DNA of 64,000 nucleotides from Dehalococcoidia bacterium. GTDB taxonomy: Bacteria; Chloroflexota; Dehalococcoidia; Bin125. Below, piece by piece: positions 9,687-18,467 of this stretch. Position 1 is the stretch's first letter, and each line of letters starts with the position of its first letter. The stretch is taken from NCBI GenBank assembly GCA_963663235.2, contig CAXXNO010000004.1:608001-672000 (forward strand), given 5' to 3'. Below the pieces are notes generated by a model, which searched no databases, had not been told where the DNA came from, and saw only the letters and a program-made list of their open reading frames with translations. A program made the position numbers and the translations under genes.

Positions 9687-10156
9687 TCCCCCCGCGCCTT
9701 GCGCCAGGCGCGGATCTCCGACGCATGCTCCAGGTCGTGCTCAATGAACCCCTCGGCCAGGTCGTCGGCCGAGATGATCTTGTCGCCCAGGCGGTACTGC
9801 GCTCGGCTTCGTTCCGCGTCGGTCATGGTGGCCATCTCACACAGAAACGGCATGCGGAAGGCGCGCATCGCCTGGCGGATCTCCGCGAAGGGGGTCTGTG
9901 CATAGCGGGCCGTCGCCAGCCGGATCATTGTGGCTTCGTCGGGCAGCTCAGCCGTCTCACCGCGTCGCAGCGCGTCCAGGACGTCGCCCGCCCAGCTGTC
10001 CCAGACCGCGATGTGCGCCATGACCTGCCGGATGCTCCGCGCGCCGACCACGTTCGGCTCATCCAGGAGTTCCACCGGCAGACCGGCGAAGCTGTGCAGC
10101 AACTGTTCGCGGGCGTCCTCGAGATCCGCGGTGCTGCTCAACGCTTCGACGGTCAT
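9683..10156 (-). CDS. DinB/YfiT-like four-helix-bundle protein
   Basis: SIRQVMAHI..WD and C-terminal EHD.EH metal-binding His motif. GGAGG RBS before ATG 10156. Confidence 0.8.
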   Translation of the reverse strand: MTVEALSSTADLEDAREQLLHSFAGLPVELLDEPNVVGARSIRQVMAHIAVWDSWAGDVLDALRRGETAELPDEATMIRLATARYAQTPFAEIRQAMRAFRMPFLCEMATMTDAERSRAQYRLGDKIISADDLAEGFIEHDLEHASEIRAWRKARGD

Positions 10157-10404
10157 TCGGCCTCCCTGCGGACCGCGGCGCACGGCGGGATCGGGCGCTC
10201 GCGCCGCTCTTGCCGGCACTCCTATTGTGCCACCTGGCCGCCGCCTTTCGGCGCCCGTTCTGACAGCGACGCTACACAGCCGGCGGCGGGTGCGCCGCCG
10301 TGGCTCGCGCCTTGACCCCCCAAATCGACGGTTGCTAGCATCGGCCCGAGGCCCGCGCGGGCCTTGCTTGCTATTGAGCGATTGCTGTCCAGCGAGGTGT
10401 CTGT

Positions 10405-11016
10405 TTGCACGTGATCGGACTGACCGGGGGGATCGGGACGGGCAAGTCGACGGTCTCGTCCATGCTGGCCCAGCCCGGCGCCGCCGTGGTCGACGCCGAT
10501 CGCTTGGGCCACCGCACGTATGAGCCCGGTACCGCGACGTTCCGCCAGGTGCGCGAGCGCTTTGGTCCGGAAGTCGTCGCCGCGGACGGCGCCATCGACC
10601 GGCGGGTCCTGGGCGAGAAGGTCTTCGGTCGCCCGGAGCAGATGAGCCGCCTGACGGCTATCGTCTGGCCGGCCATCCGCTCCCTGGCCCAGGACGAGAT
10701 CCGGCGCTTGGCGGCGGACGGCATGGAAGTCGTGGTGCTGGAGGCGGCCGTGCTGATCGAGGCCGGCTGGCAGGATCTCGCCGACGAGGTCTGGGTGGTG
10801 ACGGCCCCGCCGGAGGTGGCGCGGGAGCGGTTGATGCAGCGCAACGCTCTGAGCGCGGCGGAGGCCGATCGTCGGATCGCCTCGCAAGTGAGTGACGAGG
10901 ATCGCCTGGCGCACGCGGACGTGGTCCTCAACAACGACGGCTCCCTGGACCACGTGCGCGAATTGGTCCAGGCGCAGTGGCGGGCGCTCCAGGAGCGTCT
11001 GGCGCCCGTGCGCTAG
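10405..11016 (+). CDS. coaE: Dephospho-CoA kinase
   Basis: [35 protein letters not shown]. Confidence 0.95.
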   Translation: MHVIGLTGGIGTGKSTVSSMLAQPGAAVVDADRLGHRTYEPGTATFRQVRERFGPEVVAADGAIDRRVLGEKVFGRPEQMSRLTAIVWPAIRSLAQDEIRRLAADGMEVVVLEAAVLIEAGWQDLADEVWVVTAPPEVARERLMQRNALSAAEADRRIASQVSDEDRLAHADVVLNNDGSLDHVRELVQAQWRALQERLAPVR

Positions 11017-11030
11017 GTGAGGAGGCGGGG

Positions 11031-11927
11031 ATGACGTCGCAGGCGGAAACCCCGATCACGGAGTACAGGTCCTGGGCGGTTGAAGAGTTCCGCTTTGAAG
11101 AGGAGCCCTACTACGTCCCTGTCGCCGACGAGGTGGAACTCTTCCGCGCCGCCTGGGAGGCCAAGATCCCCGTCTTGCTCAAGGGCCCCACGGGCTGCGG
11201 CAAGACCCGCTTCGTGGAGTACATGGCCTTCCACCTCAGCCGCCCGGTGGTCGTGATGCACAAGGGGAAGCGGGAGGTCGCGCAGGAGAGCAGCTTGCCG
11301 CTGGTGACCATCGCCTGCCACGAGGATCTCACCGCCAGTGACCTGGTGGGGCGCTATCTGCTGGAGGGCGAAGAGACCGTTTGGATCGATGGCCCGCTCA
11401 CGCGCGCCGTCAAGGCCGGCGCCATCTGCTACCTCGATGAAATCGTGGAAGCGCGCAAGGACACCACCGTCCTCATCCACCCGCTGACGGATCACCGACG
11501 GATCTTGCCGGTGGAGAAACGGTCGGAGCTCCTCCAAGCGCGCGACGGCTTCTTGCTGGTGATCTCCTTCAATCCCGGCTACCAGAGCGCGATCAAGGAT
11601 CTCAAGCACAGCACTCGGCAGCGGTTCATCGCCATCGAGTTCGGCTATCCGTCCCGGGAAATCGAAGCGGAAATCGTCGCGCACGAATCCGGGGTGGACC
11701 ACGAGCACGCGCTTAGCCTGGCGAAGCTGGGAGAGAAGATCCGCAATCTCCGCGAGCACGGGCTCAGTGAAGGCGCCAGCACCCGTCTGCTGATCTACGC
11801 CGGTCGCTTGATCCGCAGCGGCATCCCGCCGCGCCGCGCTTGCCAGGTGGCGATTGTCTGGTCGCTCACGGACGATGCCGATGTCCAGCGCAGCGTCGAA
11901 GAGGTCGTCACGTCGATTTTCGAGTGA
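11031..11927 (+). CDS. CbbQ/NirQ/NorQ family AAA+ ATPase
   Basis: [88 protein letters not shown]. Confidence 0.93.
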   Translation: MTSQAETPITEYRSWAVEEFRFEEEPYYVPVADEVELFRAAWEAKIPVLLKGPTGCGKTRFVEYMAFHLSRPVVVMHKGKREVAQESSLPLVTIACHEDLTASDLVGRYLLEGEETVWIDGPLTRAVKAGAICYLDEIVEARKDTTVLIHPLTDHRRILPVEKRSELLQARDGFLLVISFNPGYQSAIKDLKHSTRQRFIAIEFGYPSREIEAEIVAHESGVDHEHALSLAKLGEKIRNLREHGLSEGASTRLLIYAGRLIRSGIPPRRACQVAIVWSLTDDADVQRSVEEVVTSIFE

Positions 11928-11954
11928 CCGGCGCGGCGGCGCGGGAGGGCGCGC

Positions 11955-12575
11955 GTGCGGATTGGCATCGTCTCCGATATCCACTGCAACATCGCCGGGC
12001 TTGACCGCGCCCTGAAGCTCATGGGCCCCGTGGACGAGATCCTCTGCGTCGGCGATGCCGTCTACCAGTTCCGCTTCAGCAATGACGTCGTCGGCCGCTT
12101 GCGGGAGATCGGGGCCCGCTTCATCCTCGGCAACCACGAGGAGATCCTGCTCGGCCCGGACGGCGGGCGCGCCCGCGAGGCGGCCAACGTGGATCGCGTG
12201 CTCCTGGCCTGGACCCAGGAGCACCCCAACCAGCTACGCGTCGTGGTGGACGGCAAGTCGCTCCTGATGTTTCATGCCACGCCCTGGGAGCCCTACCGCG
12301 AGTACCTCTACCCCGGCGACTCGGCTCTTGAGCGCTTGGCCCACCTCGACGCCGATTTCGTGATCTACGGCCACACCCACTATCAGCTGGAGCGGCGCAT
12401 CGGCTCGGCCCTGATCGTGAATCCCGGCTCCGCCGGCGAGCCGCGCGATCCCCGCAACGACTTTCAACTCTCGTATGCTGTCCTCGACACCGTCGACGAG
12501 GCAGTGACGTTCGGCAACTTCCCCGATCCCACCCGCATCGTCGCCAAGCATTCCGGGGTCGTGCCCCCGAAGTGA
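11955..12575 (+). CDS. Calcineurin-like metallophosphoesterase (YfcE-like)
   Basis: SDIH.N, GD, GNHE, FHA, GHTH, NPGS.G.PRD. Confidence 0.9.
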   Translation: MRIGIVSDIHCNIAGLDRALKLMGPVDEILCVGDAVYQFRFSNDVVGRLREIGARFILGNHEEILLGPDGGRAREAANVDRVLLAWTQEHPNQLRVVVDGKSLLMFHATPWEPYREYLYPGDSALERLAHLDADFVIYGHTHYQLERRIGSALIVNPGSAGEPRDPRNDFQLSYAVLDTVDEAVTFGNFPDPTRIVAKHSGVVPPK

Positions 12576-15500
12576 GCCGCATGTCCCAGCCAGACCAGGC
12601 CGCCCTCGTCGCCGTCCGGGAGGCCCTCGCCGCCTTTCCGCCCCCGCTCGTGCAGGAGTTCGACGAAGCGCGCACGGCACTGGAGGGCACGCTGGACCCG
12701 GCGGAACTGCTGGGCTGGGCGGACGAGGGCTTCGCCATCGCGCGCCATTCGCTGCGCAGCTGGGAGGCCGCCGGCGGATATTTCCGCATCAGCCCGGCCG
12801 TGCTGGAGCGCCTCCCTTTCGCGCACTTCCGCGAGTGGGCGCGCACCGGGCGCGATCTGGCCGCGGACTCGCCCGCGCTGGCCGGCGCCTTTTTCCTCGC
12901 CAGCCCGGCCGCCTTGCAGCACCTGGCCGTTGCCCAAGTGCCGGACTGGGGATCGCAGGGGCGCCAACTGTATCGCGGCACCTGGAAGTCCGGATCGCTG
13001 GCCGCCCAGTATTTCGAGGTCAGTCCCGCCCTGCTGCCGCTGCTGCCGCTGGGACAGACCAAGCTGCTCGTGGAGTTCGTCGACTCCCTCGCCGGCCATT
13101 CCTACGAACTCGCCAGCGCCTGCCTCGGCATGGCGGCCAGCGTCTTGCGTGAGCTGGACCGGGCGGACCGGGCGCCGTTCCTGGAGTTCGGATCCGTGGT
13201 GGCCAACACCGCCTGGGCCGACGCGCGCAACTACTTCGAGCGCGGTCCGGCCTCGCTCCGCCACGTGCACCCGCTCCAGCGCGCCCGCTTCCTCGCGCTC
13301 TCCGGGCGCGTGGCGCTCGGGGTGGGCCGGCAAGGACATCCCTACTTCTTGGAGGCCGCACGCGCGCTGGCTGAGGTCGATCGCGAAGCGCACGGCACGG
13401 CGATCGAGTTGGCGGAAGGCTTGCTGCCCCACTCCGGCGTCGCGGCCATGGAGTTCCTCAAGGCCTCGCCGGAGGTCCTGCGACGCCTCCGCCCCGAGGA
13501 TCTCGCCCGCTGGCAGGCGGCCGGCCGCGCCATTCTGGAGGCCAGCCCCCACGGGGGGGAGGCCTTCTTCCGGCTGGAGTCGGCCAAGGGCGAGGACGTG
13601 ATGCAGGCGCTCTCCTCCCGCGTCGAGCTGGACCGCGTGGGCGATCTGATCCGGAGGTACTGCCGGGCGCTCACCGGCACCAACGTCGCCGTGTACCCCT
13701 CGGATGTGCTCACCGATCGCGGCGTGGGCTGGGTCAGTCAGAGCAGTCCCACCACGGAAGGGACCGCCATCTACCTGCCGGCCGTCGTCGAGGCGCACGA
13801 CGAGAAGGACCAGAACTTCGCCGTCTACAAGGTCTACGCCACCCATCAAGCCGGCCGCCTGGAGTTCGGCTCCTTCGGCTTCCGCTTCCAACGGCCGGCG
13901 GGCCTCTTCTCGGACCAGCGCTGGTCGCGGCCCGTGCTGCGCGAGGGTACTGAGGCCCTGACGGATATGGAGCGCTTCTTCGATCTGTTCAGCGACCGCC
14001 ATCTGGCCGCCGACCTCTTCACGATTGTCGAAGACACCCGCATCGACGCCGTCCTCCAGCGCGAGTACCCCGGCGTGCGCAAGGCCTTTGCGCGCTTGCA
14101 GCGGGCCGCTGTGGATCACCGCCGCGCAGTCGACTCGATGCCCGCGCGGGACGCACTGGTGGAAAACCTGGTCCGCGCCAGCCTGGACGCCGCTGACGAG
14201 ATCCGCTGGCCGCCCGAGCTGGCGGACCTCATCCGCTCCCCGCTCGCCATCCTCGCCCGCGTCCGCTCCCAGGGAGCCACCGTGGAGGCCTCGGCCGAGG
14301 CCTCCCTGCGCCTGTACGACTGGCTGGCCGCGATTCCCAACGTCGAGCTGACGCAGGAGCAAGACTGGCAGCCGCCCGCGGAAGAAGAAGTGGAGCAGGA
14401 AGACGCGGCCGACGGCTCGGAGGCGGGCCTGGTGCCGCCGTCCCTGAGCTTGGCCATGGCGCGCAGCGGGGAGCGCCCGTATCAGAGTCCGGACCCGGTG
14501 GACTTCCGGGGCGAGTTCAAGCCGGAGTTGGTCCAGCTCCTCCTCCAGATGCGCGGCGACTCCGACGGCGACGGCGAGATGCTCCCCATCACCCCGGAGC
14601 AGCTCCGGGAGCTCTTGGAGAAGAGCGCCGAGATCGACTTCAGCGAAGACCCGGACGCGGACCTCGACGACGCCCGTTCCATCCTGATGGAGAACTTGAT
14701 GCGCGAGCTCTCCAAAGTCGAGGACCAGGCGCCCCAGCCCGGCGGCCTGCAGCAAGACGATTTCTCCTCGGGGCCGGAGGGTGACGACGGAGCGCTGGCC
14801 GAGGAGCCGGAATCCTTCTTCTACGACGAGTGGGACTTCCGCGCCAACGATTACAAACCCCGCTGGTGCCGCCTCCAGGAGCAACGCCTCCCGGCCGGCG
14901 ACCTGGACTTCTACAACCAGACGCTGGCGGACAACTCCGCCCTGGTGCAAGAGACGCGCAAGCAGTTTGAGCTGATGCGCCCGGAAATGTTCCGCAAGAT
15001 CAAGCATCTGCCCGACGGCGACGACTACGACCTCGACTCCGTGGTGGAGTGGATCGTGCAACGCGCTGCCCACGCCCCCACGGACGGCAAGCTCTACTAC
15101 CGCCGCAACAAGATTGAGCGCGACGTGGCCGTGGGCTTCCTCCTGGACATGTCCGCCAGCACCGACGAGGAGATCCACCGCCGCCCGCGCGGCGGCGCCG
15201 GCGGTGATGCCTTCACCGACGACCCCCGCCGCTACCTCAGCTGGTGGGCCCAGAAGCGCGCCAGCGAGGGGCAGCAGCCCTCCAAGCGCATCATCGACCT
15301 TGAGAAGGACGCGGTCGTCCTCTTGGTCGAGGCCCTAGAGACCATCGGCGACCAGTACGGCGTCTACGGCTTCAGCGGCTACGGGCGCGACAACGTGGAG
15401 TTCTACGTGATCAAGGACTTGGAGGAGCCTTTCTCCGACACCGTCAAGCGGCGCATCGACAAGATCGCCCCCGTCCGATCCACCCGCATGGGCCCCGCCA

Positions 15501-15811
15501 TCCGCCACTGCGTCCATCGGCTCAAAGAGACTCGCGCCAAGGTCCGCGTCCTGATGCTCCTCTCGGACGGCCGCCCGCAGGATCACGGCTACGGGCGTGA
15601 CCGCACGGAGAAGGAGTACGCCATCCACGACACCAAGATGGCCCTCACCGAGGCCCGCCACGAAGGCATCACGCCCTTCTGCCTCACCGTGGACCGCCAG
15701 GGCCACGACTACCTGCGGGAGATGTGCCAGGACATGGGCTACCAAGTCGTCGGCGACATCGAGTCGCTGCCCCACCAGCTCACCTCCCTCTACCGCCGCC
15801 TCACCCGCTGA
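12572..15811 (+). CDS. CbbO/NorD-like VWA-domain protein, long form with N-terminal helical repeats
   Basis: PTT.G..IYLP, LF..VED.RID, YDEWDF....Y.P.WC, MIDAS DMSAST, TRMGPAIRH, LSDGRPQD. GTGA overlap with the upstream gene. Confidence 0.88.
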   Translation: MSRMSQPDQAALVAVREALAAFPPPLVQEFDEARTALEGTLDPAELLGWADEGFAIARHSLRSWEAAGGYFRISPAVLERLPFAHFREWARTGRDLAADSPALAGAFFLASPAALQHLAVAQVPDWGSQGRQLYRGTWKSGSLAAQYFEVSPALLPLLPLGQTKLLVEFVDSLAGHSYELASACLGMAASVLRELDRADRAPFLEFGSVVANTAWADARNYFERGPASLRHVHPLQRARFLALSGRVALGVGRQGHPYFLEAARALAEVDREAHGTAIELAEGLLPHSGVAAMEFLKASPEVLRRLRPEDLARWQAAGRAILEASPHGGEAFFRLESAKGEDVMQALSSRVELDRVGDLIRRYCRALTGTNVAVYPSDVLTDRGVGWVSQSSPTTEGTAIYLPAVVEAHDEKDQNFAVYKVYATHQAGRLEFGSFGFRFQRPAGLFSDQRWSRPVLREGTEALTDMERFFDLFSDRHLAADLFTIVEDTRIDAVLQREYPGVRKAFARLQRAAVDHRRAVDSMPARDALVENLVRASLDAADEIRWPPELADLIRSPLAILARVRSQGATVEASAEASLRLYDWLAAIPNVELTQEQDWQPPAEEEVEQEDAADGSEAGLVPPSLSLAMARSGERPYQSPDPVDFRGEFKPELVQLLLQMRGDSDGDGEMLPITPEQLRELLEKSAEIDFSEDPDADLDDARSILMENLMRELSKVEDQAPQPGGLQQDDFSSGPEGDDGALAEEPESFFYDEWDFRANDYKPRWCRLQEQRLPAGDLDFYNQTLADNSALVQETRKQFELMRPEMFRKIKHLPDGDDYDLDSVVEWIVQRAAHAPTDGKLYYRRNKIERDVAVGFLLDMSASTDEEIHRRPRGGAGGDAFTDDPRRYLSWWAQKRASEGQQPSKRIIDLEKDAVVLLVEALETIGDQYGVYGFSGYGRDNVEFYVIKDLEEPFSDTVKRRIDKIAPVRSTRMGPAIRHCVHRLKETRAKVRVLMLLSDGRPQDHGYGRDRTEKEYAIHDTKMALTEARHEGITPFCLTVDRQGHDYLREMCQDMGYQVVGDIESLPHQLTSLYRRLTR

Positions 15812-16877
15812 CGCCGCGGCCCTCCCCGCGGCCGCCCTCTACGCGACCGCCCTCTACGCGACCGATGCGCAGAGCCCCGTCGGGAACGCGCTCCTCCGCC
15901 ACCGCCCCCGCCTCCACCAGCGCATCGATCTGCCCCATCACCTCCGCCATCGCCTGCCGCAGCCGCGTGTCGGGCAGGTGGGGGAAGAACTTGGCCTGCA
16001 CCTCGTAGGGCGTCAGCGGCCCGTCGCGCAACAGCCGCACGATCTTGCGCTGCCGCTGGCGGTGGTGCTTCGCCGTCCGCGCCGCCGCTCCTTCGACATC
16101 GACGGTCGCCTCACCGTGCCCGGGATAGAGGCGCCCTGCCCGCAGCGCCCGCACCCGCCCCAGCGACCGCGCCATCTCCGGCAGGCTCCGCATCCGCTCC
16201 TCGTAGCGCCCGTTGCGGAAGTGAATGCCGGGGTTCGACGTGATCCGCGGCAGCAAGTGGTCGCCGCTGAAGAGCGCCCCGGTCGCCGCCTCGTAGTAGA
16301 CCGAGTCGCCCGGCGTGTGCCCCGGCGTCGGCACGTAGCGCAGCGTCCGCTCCCCCACCCGCACCTCGTCACCCTCCTCCAGCGATCGCTCCGGCCGGAA
16401 CGGCGTGGCGCGCAGCATCCCCGGCCAGCGCGTGCTGGGCAGATTCGCCGGCGGGTTGGCGATCGCCTGGGCCACCGCCTCCCGGCTCGGCGGCCACCGC
16501 TCCCGCAGCCGCGCCATCCGCTCCCCCGGCACGCCGCAATCGTCGAGAAAGCGCAGCACCAGACCGGCGTCGTACCAGCCGACCTCAAAGCCCAACTCGA
16601 ACCGCTCCGCCTCCACCCTTGACCCGCACACCTCCGCCCCCACCGCCTGCCAGCGCGCCGCCAGCCCGCTGTGGTCGATGTGGGAGTGCGTCACCACCAC
16701 GGTGCGCACCTGCTCCGGCCGGTAGCCGTGCACGTCCAGCTGCACGCTCAGCTCCTCCCAGGCGCCGGGGTAGTCCGGCCCCGCGTCGACCAGCAGCAGC
16801 CCCTCGCTCGATGGCAGCGCGTAGACCCAGTTGGCGCCGAGCGCAATGGGGAGGACCGAGAGGGTGGAGTCCGTCAC
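15801..16877 (-). CDS. MBL-fold metallo-hydrolase with C-terminal winged helix
   Basis: LLVDAG, THSHIDHSG, TPGHTPG, FSGDHLL, PGHG. Likely start GTG 16877. Confidence 0.88.
   Translation of the reverse strand: MTDSTLSVLPIALGANWVYALPSSEGLLLVDAGPDYPGAWEELSVQLDVHGYRPEQVRTVVVTHSHIDHSGLAARWQAVGAEVCGSRVEAERFELGFEVGWYDAGLVLRFLDDCGVPGERMARLRERWPPSREAVAQAIANPPANLPSTRWPGMLRATPFRPERSLEEGDEVRVGERTLRYVPTPGHTPGDSVYYEAATGALFSGDHLLPRITSNPGIHFRNGRYEERMRSLPEMARSLGRVRALRAGRLYPGHGEATVDVEGAAARTAKHHRQRQRKIVRLLRDGPLTPYEVQAKFFPHLPDTRLRQAMAEVMGQIDALVEAGAVAEERVPDGALRIGRVEGGRVEGGRGEGRGVSG
15817..15861 (+). repeat. 15-bp tandem repeat (2 exact + 1 degenerate) at the convergent gene junction
   Basis: CCGCCCTCTACGCGA at 15832-15846 and 15847-15861, degenerate copy 15817-15831. 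Encodes the GRVEG-GRVEG-GRGEG tail of the MBL protein. Confidence 0.8.
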
Positions 16878-17003
16878 GGCGTCAGCATGCCGCCCCGCGG
16901 CAGCCACGACAACCGCGCCCCCGGCGGCGTCGCTACCGCTGCCGCGCGCCCGTCGGCGCCGGCGCGAGCGTCCCGGTAACGATGAACGGAACCCGGCCCG
17001 CTG

Positions 17004-17825
17004 CTATTCGCGGGACCATCGAGCGGCCCGCAACGGCCGCTGGGTGTGCCGTCGCCACACGACGTAGCCCAGCGGCGACGCCGCGATCAGCGCCATCACC
17101 CCCAGCCCGAACGCCTCCGCGAACGTGATTGCCACGGTCGCGTCCAGCGCGTAGAAGTACTCCCCGATAACGCGCAGCCAGACCACCGCCGCGAGGATCG
17201 CGAACACCAGCAACCCCAGCCCCCACCCGGCGCGCGCCGGCAGCCCCGCGTCACGCTCCGACCGATGCGCGGGCGTCCAGGAGAACCGCCGCCGCTCGTG
17301 CACCGCCAGCAGCGGCGCCGTCGCCACCACCACCATCGCCGCCAGCGCCCCGACCTGGTCGCCGCTCAGCGTCTCGTCGTCGAGCAGACCGAAGAGCGAC
17401 CCAAACGCGTCCAGCCACATGACCACCGCGATCACGATCAGCGCGATCGCGATCGCCCACCCCACCAGGATCGTCACCACCTTCCGCGGGCTGCCGAGCC
17501 CGCTCCCGCCGGGGGCGGGAGGCGGCGGCCCCGGCGGCTCGCCGCTCGTTTGCGTCGCCGGATCCCCTTCCGCGGCCGCCTGATCCGACGCGAACTGCGG
17601 CAGGTGGAGGAGAAACCCCAGCGCCCGCCGCCATCGATCGCCGGCGCGCGCGGATCTGAGTTCGTCGTGGTACGTCCACAGCACGGCGTCGCGCCCGCGC
17701 GGGTACACCGCCAGCCAGACCGCCAGCCACACCGGCGCCAGCAGCCGCGCGATGGCGAACTCCAGAGCGCCGTGGACCGGACGCGTGAATACGTTCGACT
17801 CAGGATCTTGCAACTGCACGCTCAC
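17004..17825 (-). CDS. Hypothetical multi-pass membrane protein coupled to the PadR gene
   Basis: GTG start overlaps the PadR stop (GTGA). About 4 C-terminal TM segments after a Pro-rich linker. Confidence 0.7.
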   Translation of the reverse strand: MSVQLQDPESNVFTRPVHGALEFAIARLLAPVWLAVWLAVYPRGRDAVLWTYHDELRSARAGDRWRRALGFLLHLPQFASDQAAAEGDPATQTSGEPPGPPPPAPGGSGLGSPRKVVTILVGWAIAIALIVIAVVMWLDAFGSLFGLLDDETLSGDQVGALAAMVVVATAPLLAVHERRRFSWTPAHRSERDAGLPARAGWGLGLLVFAILAAVVWLRVIGEYFYALDATVAITFAEAFGLGVMALIAASPLGYVVWRRHTQRPLRAARWSRE

Positions 17826-18109
17826 GCCACACCCTCCGCTCCCCGCGACGGGACGGCCGTCAGCGCCTGCTGCTCCGCGGCCAGCGCCTGCCGCCCCGCG
17901 CCGTTGATCCGCACCAACCGCCGCGGATGCGAGCCGCTGTGGTCCCAGCGCGCGTCGATGATCCCGTCGCGCTGCAGCGCGGCCAGCGCCGCGTACACGC
18001 TGCTGCGCCCCACCCCGCCCATCGCGTCCGCCACGTCGATACCTGCGACTTCCTCCGGTCGCGTCGCCAGGTAGCGCAGCACTTGGTACTGATTCCGCGC
18101 CAGCTTCAT
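17822..18109 (-). CDS. PadR-like winged-helix transcriptional regulator
   Basis: SSVY.AL..L.RDGII.ARW.....PRR.V.I..AG..AL. AAAGGGG RBS. Confidence 0.82.
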   Translation of the reverse strand: MKLARNQYQVLRYLATRPEEVAGIDVADAMGGVGRSSVYAALAALQRDGIIDARWDHSGSHPRRLVRINGAGRQALAAEQQALTAVPSRGAEGVA

Positions 18110-18130
18110 GGCCGTCCCCTTTCGGGCCTG

Positions 18131-18173
18131 ATTGGAACGTTCCAAGTATCGGAATGTTCCAATCGCCTGTCAA
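18131..18173 (-). promoter_or_regulatory. Sigma70 promoter overlapped by two palindromic operators
   Basis: Minus strand TTGACA (18173-18168), 17 nt, GATACT (18150-18145). Perfect palindrome TTGGAACGTTCCAA 18132-18145 and near copy TCGGAATGTTCCAA 18149-18162. Confidence 0.75.
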
Positions 18174-18213
18174 GCGACGCCGAGGCTGGATCAACCGGCT
18201 GGTCGAAGGCGGC

Positions 18214-18465
18214 TCAACGGGAGGGAGGCGGACGCCCTTGCCGGCGACCCAGCTTGCGCTCGGGCCGGCCGGCTTCGCGCTGCTCCCGGACCCGCACCTC
18301 CTGGCGATGCACCATCAGCCCGACGCCGATCGCCAGGCCCAGACCCCCGCCGACCGCGATGCCCGTGGCCGCACCGCCGAACGGGGCGCCCACCACCGCG
18401 CCGATCACCACGCCGAGCGCGGTCGTCAAAACCAGCAACATCCCCGCAGACATCTGCCACAGCAT
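18214..18465 (-). CDS. Small Gly-rich membrane protein (83 aa)
   Basis: ATG 3 nt after the cinA stop, GGAGG RBS. Two Gly-zipper hydrophobic helices followed by a basic tail. Confidence 0.65.
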   Translation of the reverse strand: MLWQMSAGMLLVLTTALGVVIGAVVGAPFGGAATGIAVGGGLGLAIGVGLMVHRQEVRVREQREAGRPERKLGRRQGRPPPSR

Positions 18466-18467
18466 GC

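Noticed and set aside
18132-18145. LexA box upstream of the PadR gene
   Set aside because: GAAC and GTTC are adjacent with no 4-nt spacer. Better explained as the PadR operator.
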